IMG/VR virus record: IMGVR_UViG_3300017778_002038
Location: 1-29,863 of that record
DNA length: 29,863 nucleotides
Strand: one strand, 5' to 3'
DNA from: a virus
Taxonomy: Duplodnaviria; Caudoviricetes
This document shows, one piece after another, positions 26,768 to 29,863 of this stretch; the stretch's first letter is position 1; each line of letters begins with the position of its first letter. Made by a program: the position numbers and the translations under genes. A model generated the notes under the pieces. That model worked only from the letters and a program-made list of their open reading frames with translations, did not search any database and was not told where the DNA came from.

Positions 26768-27510
26768 TAATACTTGCCAGACTTTTCAGCAGATGCTTGT
26801 TCAGGTGCTGCATCTTCTTCAACACCTGCAGTTGCAATTGCCGCCTCAAGTTCTTTCTCACCACGAGCAACCAATGCCTTAATGACGTCCATATCATCAA
26901 TAGTGCGAACAAAGTCAAAGTTAAGTTTAAACTGTGTTTTTGCATCAGGCACTAAGCTAATTTTTGTCACAACAGCTGACAATGGGCGACGTGTAGTACT
27001 AGCGATCTTCTGCAAGTATGTAGCAAAGCCGCGAACACTAGTTACAGGTGTGCGAAGTGCTGCCACTTCACCGCCATTTACACCATCAACTGATACAGCT
27101 GAATCAGCAGTCATCACTAAAAGCCGACGCTTTTCAGCGCATGCTTTACCTTTACCACCGTTTGTAGCACTACCCCATTGGTCTTTAGGGCAACCTGCAC
27201 ATGTGTCGGCTTGCTTTTCAGGCGACAAGTGATTAGCCTTAAGACCTGTCAATGTTGCACCAAGTGAGAAGCATACAGGACCGGCGGGGTTGGTTGGGTC
27301 ATACCTAGCTGTGTAGTACAAGCGTTCTACAGGCGAACTAAGAATCACAACTTCCAACTGATTGTTTGCAATTGGGTTATCTCGGTAAGTAAGAACACCG
27401 CCTTTAGTGCTAAGAAACTGTGTTCCAGCAGTACTACGTTCCGCCACCATACCGGCATTTGCCAGCTTTTCCATTTCAGACTCGAATAAAGCTAATTGGT
27501 TTTTAGACAT
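26767..27510 (-). CDS. Putative ssDNA-binding/annealing protein
   Basis: 247 aa with P.CFS, CxxCP..QWGS...GKGKAC motif and acidic C-terminal tail, immediately upstream of the polymerase. Confidence 0.65.
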   Translation of the reverse strand: MSKNQLALFESEMEKLANAGMVAERSTAGTQFLSTKGGVLTYRDNPIANNQLEVVILSSPVERLYYTARYDPTNPAGPVCFSLGATLTGLKANHLSPEKQADTCAGCPKDQWGSATNGGKGKACAEKRRLLVMTADSAVSVDGVNGGEVAALRTPVTSVRGFATYLQKIASTTRRPLSAVVTKISLVPDAKTQFKLNFDFVRTIDDMDVIKALVARGEKELEAAIATAGVEEDAAPEQASAEKSGKY

Positions 27511-27521
27511 TTTGAAAACTC

Positions 27522-27896
27522 CTATTTTCGTGATTTAGTTACAGAAAGACCCCACACCTCAGCAGTGGTAGACCCGGGGATGGTCTCACCGGCTTCCCAA
27601 CGATCTTTGAAAGCAGTGCTACTGAGCCTTTTATGAAGTAAGTCAAAGCTGTTAGTCTTGGTGACGTACTCATAAAACAAATCCCAATCCATGATGGTTG
27701 GGTGAACTTTTTTTGCCATGGTTACTGAATGGCCACGTTCGGATGCAGCTTTCATTGTTCCTGCTTCATTCATCGCGTGCATGATGTCAGATTCTAAAGT
27801 AGCAAGTTGTTTAGATAGTTCGCTATCTTTTTCAGCCAAATCAGTTCTTAGCTGTTTAACCGTGACATAGTTGTCTATTAAGTCATTCAATTTCAT
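27522..27896 (-). CDS. Conserved phage replication-region protein
   Basis: Start reassigned to ATG 27896 (MKLNDLIDNY; GGAAG upstream). Coiled coil followed by P...DWD.FY.YV......DLL.KR...GE.IPG. Confidence 0.7.
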   Translation of the reverse strand: MKLNDLIDNYVTVKQLRTDLAEKDSELSKQLATLESDIMHAMNEAGTMKAASERGHSVTMAKKVHPTIMDWDLFYEYVTKTNSFDLLHKRLSSTAFKDRWEAGETIPGSTTAEVWGLSVTKSRK

Positions 27897-28350
27897 TTTC
27901 TTCTTCCAAATTAAGAGGGTCGTAAAGATGTACGTCCAATTTAGCTTCATTAAACATAACCTCTGCAATTTTGCGTGAATCATTCCAGCGTTCAACTGGG
28001 TTATCTATTGTGACATGATGCTTTATGCCTGATTGAATAATCATAGCAGCGCATTGTGAACATGCATGCATTGGCCAAGTGTAAATTGTGCAATTGTCTA
28101 ATGGTTGTTTAGCAAATAAAATAGCGTTTACTTCAGCATGAATGGTCATCATTAGCTTTGTGTTTCGATGCAGCAACCAATCATCATGGTCACTTATACC
28201 TCGAGGAAAACCATTAAAGCCAGTGCTTACGATTTCATTGTTTGCATTTACAATTACTGCACCGCATTTTGTTGACGGATCTTTTGACCATGACGCAACT
28301 AAACGAGCCATTTTAAGATAGCGTATACGCCATTTGCTAGACTGTAGCAT
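27883..28350 (-). CDS. dCMP deaminase
   Basis: SKDPSTKCGAVI, GFNGFP, HAEVNAI (Zn His/catalytic Glu), CSQC and IIQSGI. Confidence 0.92.
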   Translation of the reverse strand: MLQSSKWRIRYLKMARLVASWSKDPSTKCGAVIVNANNEIVSTGFNGFPRGISDHDDWLLHRNTKLMMTIHAEVNAILFAKQPLDNCTIYTWPMHACSQCAAMIIQSGIKHHVTIDNPVERWNDSRKIAEVMFNEAKLDVHLYDPLNLEEENEIE

Positions 28351-28846
28351 GACTGTCTGCTGACATAAATTCAGGTGAATATGAACCTTCGTTACGGTAC
28401 CACACCATAGTCATAACGTTTTTCTTCCAACGGTAGTAATTACGGTAAGCAACAACTACATCTTCGTGCTTACATTCATCTGGCATGCACTGTGGTGGAA
28501 CACGCCATTTGCAAGGCATGTCTTTCATAGCAGGCGGTACATCAGCAAGTTCGCCAAAAAACAAACCATAGCAACTATGTTGTTTGCCATAGCGTAAACG
28601 AAATTGCTTACACAAACTTTTGCCTAAGTCTACAAGGTATGCATAGTGCAACCTAGACTCACGTGCCCATATAGCACTTGGGTGATTAACATGCGTTGGT
28701 TTGTATGTAACTGCATGACCGTTGCCATGTTGGTGGTGTGCAGTAGCTAACAATTGCGCTGTTTCTACGATCATCTTTACAACATGCTTGTCGCAATGAT
28801 ACAAGGCAGCTATTTGTGGTGAATGGTGCAAAAAGAAGATGTTCAT
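28337..28846 (-). CDS. Pyrimidine dimer DNA glycosylase / endonuclease V-like protein
   Basis: MNIF.L...P..AA..HCDKHVVKM..E.AQLL, YKPTH.NHP..IW and PPQCMP...AYR.YY signature. Confidence 0.8.
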   Translation of the reverse strand: MNIFFLHHSPQIAALYHCDKHVVKMIVETAQLLATAHHQHGNGHAVTYKPTHVNHPSAIWARESRLHYAYLVDLGKSLCKQFRLRYGKQHSCYGLFFGELADVPPAMKDMPCKWRVPPQCMPDECKHEDVVVAYRNYYRWKKNVMTMVWYRNEGSYSPEFMSADSHATV

Positions 28847-28870
28847 TTGTTACCTTTGTTTTCAGAATTT

Positions 28871-28934
28871 AAGAATTTAAGTGTGTTTACTAAGTAAACA
28901 AGTGCATTGTACCATGCTTTTTGCAAAGTAAACA
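28871..28934 (-). promoter_or_regulatory. Conserved promoter/operator element, copy 2
   Basis: Palindrome TGTTTACT-A-AGTAAACA at 28884-28900, TGGTACAAT on the - strand (28914-28906), extra AGTAAACA at 28927-28934. Confidence 0.75.
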
Positions 28935-28935
28935 T

Positions 28936-29328
28936 TTATTTACGATTTTTTGCAAGTAAAAGCAAGGCAATCATGTCCTCTGGTCCTCGCCAATCGGCAG
29001 GCTTCATAGCATCTTGCTGTGTGCCACGATTAGTTTCACCTGGCACTTTTTTCATGTTGCAACTATGCACAATGTCTAAGATTTGTGGCAATGGCAAACC
29101 CATGTGATGAGCACAACCCATAGTCACGTATGCCAGATCGGCAATTGCATCAGCTGCATCTGTTAAGCTGCCTTTTTCGTGTGCTTTTAGCAGCTCTGAC
29201 AGTTCTTCCATGAGGAACCTAGCATAGAAGCTAATGTCAACAGGCTCCAGCAACTTTGGTTGCATTGATACAGGCAAGTTAAGCTTGGTGCGAAACTCTA
29301 AAACTTTGTCGAATATTTCTTGGTTCAT
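28936..29328 (-). CDS. MazG-like / PRA-PH family all-alpha NTP pyrophosphohydrolase
   Basis: EELSEL...DAIADLAYV acidic metal-binding helices, VH..NM.K and KP..W..PE tail. Confidence 0.85.
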   Translation of the reverse strand: MNQEIFDKVLEFRTKLNLPVSMQPKLLEPVDISFYARFLMEELSELLKAHEKGSLTDAADAIADLAYVTMGCAHHMGLPLPQILDIVHSCNMKKVPGETNRGTQQDAMKPADWRGPEDMIALLLLAKNRK

Positions 29329-29329
29329 G

Positions 29330-29560
29330 TTATTTCCAAACAGTTTGTAGTTGAGAAGTTTTGTAGTTCTTTTGAATTTCTTTTTGCACAGGATCTGTCA
29401 GTATTTTTTTAATGACAGGAATTACGCCTTCAAACACGTCTTCACGTGTCTTAAAGCTACAAAAGCAAAGTTTACAGTATCTTCTACGATACGTGTGTTG
29501 GCCGTGTTGTGTGGTTTCAACAATGGCTAGTTTGTCGCCTTGGCATTTAGGGCATTCCAT
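29330..29560 (-). CDS. NrdR N-terminal-like zinc-ribbon protein
   Basis: MECPKC...V.ET....YRRRYCKLC...FKTRE; ATG 29560 overlaps the upstream TAA. Confidence 0.75.
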   Translation of the reverse strand: MECPKCQGDKLAIVETTQHGQHTYRRRYCKLCFCSFKTREDVFEGVIPVIKKILTDPVQKEIQKNYKTSQLQTVWK

Positions 29561-29718
29561 TACAGCACCGAGCAATCATGTCGGTCACCTGCCGACTTAG
29601 TGATAAACACCAATTTGCACTTAGTGCATCGCCAAAGCTGTCCTTCAACAATCACTGTTTTCTTTGTCCCATACATACCAATCATGCGACCAAAGAATGT
29701 GCGTATCTTCTCAATCAT
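29560..29718 (-). CDS. Small zinc-finger-like protein
   Basis: ATG 29718 with AGGAG SD; WRCTKCKLVF.......HDC (CxxC...HxC). Confidence 0.6.
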   Translation of the reverse strand: MIEKIRTFFGRMIGMYGTKKTVIVEGQLWRCTKCKLVFITKSAGDRHDCSVL

Positions 29719-29863
29719 GCTTGTCTCTCCTGAGTAAGGAGATGCGTGATACACAAAGCCAATAACAACAAAAAAGTTTTGATTGGTTGGTCAACAACAT
29801 TGACTCCAGCAAATCCTATAACTGCGCCAGCCACGATTGAGAAAATAAAAAATCGGATATTCA
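29715..29863 (-). CDS. Small two-TM membrane protein (5' end at/after window edge)
   Basis: Reads NIRFFIFSIVAGAVIGFAGVNVVDQPIKTFLLLLALCITHLLTQERQA*, with TGA in an ATGA overlap with the next gene; not in the ORF track. Confidence 0.5.
   Translation of the reverse strand, partial: NIRFFIFSIVAGAVIGFAGVNVVDQPIKTFLLLLALCITHLLTQERQA

Noticed and set aside
27897-27995. N-terminal extension of the 27522-27995 ORF call
   Set aside because: It would overlap dCMP deaminase by over 100 nt; ATG 27896 with an upstream purine-rich SD fits better.
21610-29328. Z-genome (2-aminoadenine) system suggested by HD hydrolase + MazG-like + PolA
   Set aside because: No PurZ/adenylosuccinate-synthetase homologue in the window, and the linked enzymes point to pyrimidines. 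It cannot be excluded for the rest of the genome.
1-29863. Stop-codon reassignment, tRNA/rRNA genes, integrase or IS elements
   Set aside because: TAA, TAG and TGA all terminate well-supported genes under the standard code, coding density leaves no room for RNA genes, and no integrase/transposase motifs were seen.

Overview
A 29.9-kb fragment of a tailed dsDNA phage genome (probably podovirus-like morphology; the host cannot be determined from sequence alone) with two convergent arms meeting at overlapping stop codons at 19187-19190. The + strand arm (1-19190) is the virion/lysis region: four tandem paralogous tail-fibre-like genes, small accessory genes, a lysis cassette (membrane proteins, holin-like protein, peptidase M15A endolysin), adaptor/tail proteins and four large low-complexity proteins that are probably internal/ejection proteins. 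The - strand arm (19187-29863) is the replication/nucleotide-metabolism region: MazG-like pyrophosphatase, pyrimidine-dimer-glycosylase-like protein, dCMP deaminase, SSB-like protein, family A DNA polymerase, PD-(D/E)XK nuclease, VRR-NUC nuclease and SNF2 helicase. A compact cassette behind its own promoter-like element follows: nucleoside deoxyribosyltransferase-family protein, HD phosphohydrolase, DUF6378-like protein and a strongly divergent ThyX-like flavoenzyme. The best candidate for an undescribed system is this cassette plus the deaminase, MazG-like enzyme and polymerase, as a possible non-canonical pyrimidine (DNA base replacement) pathway. A duplicated promoter with a 17-bp palindrome sits upstream of both the cassette and the glycosylase/deaminase/replication genes. 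All product calls come from motif recognition by eye; no database searches were run.
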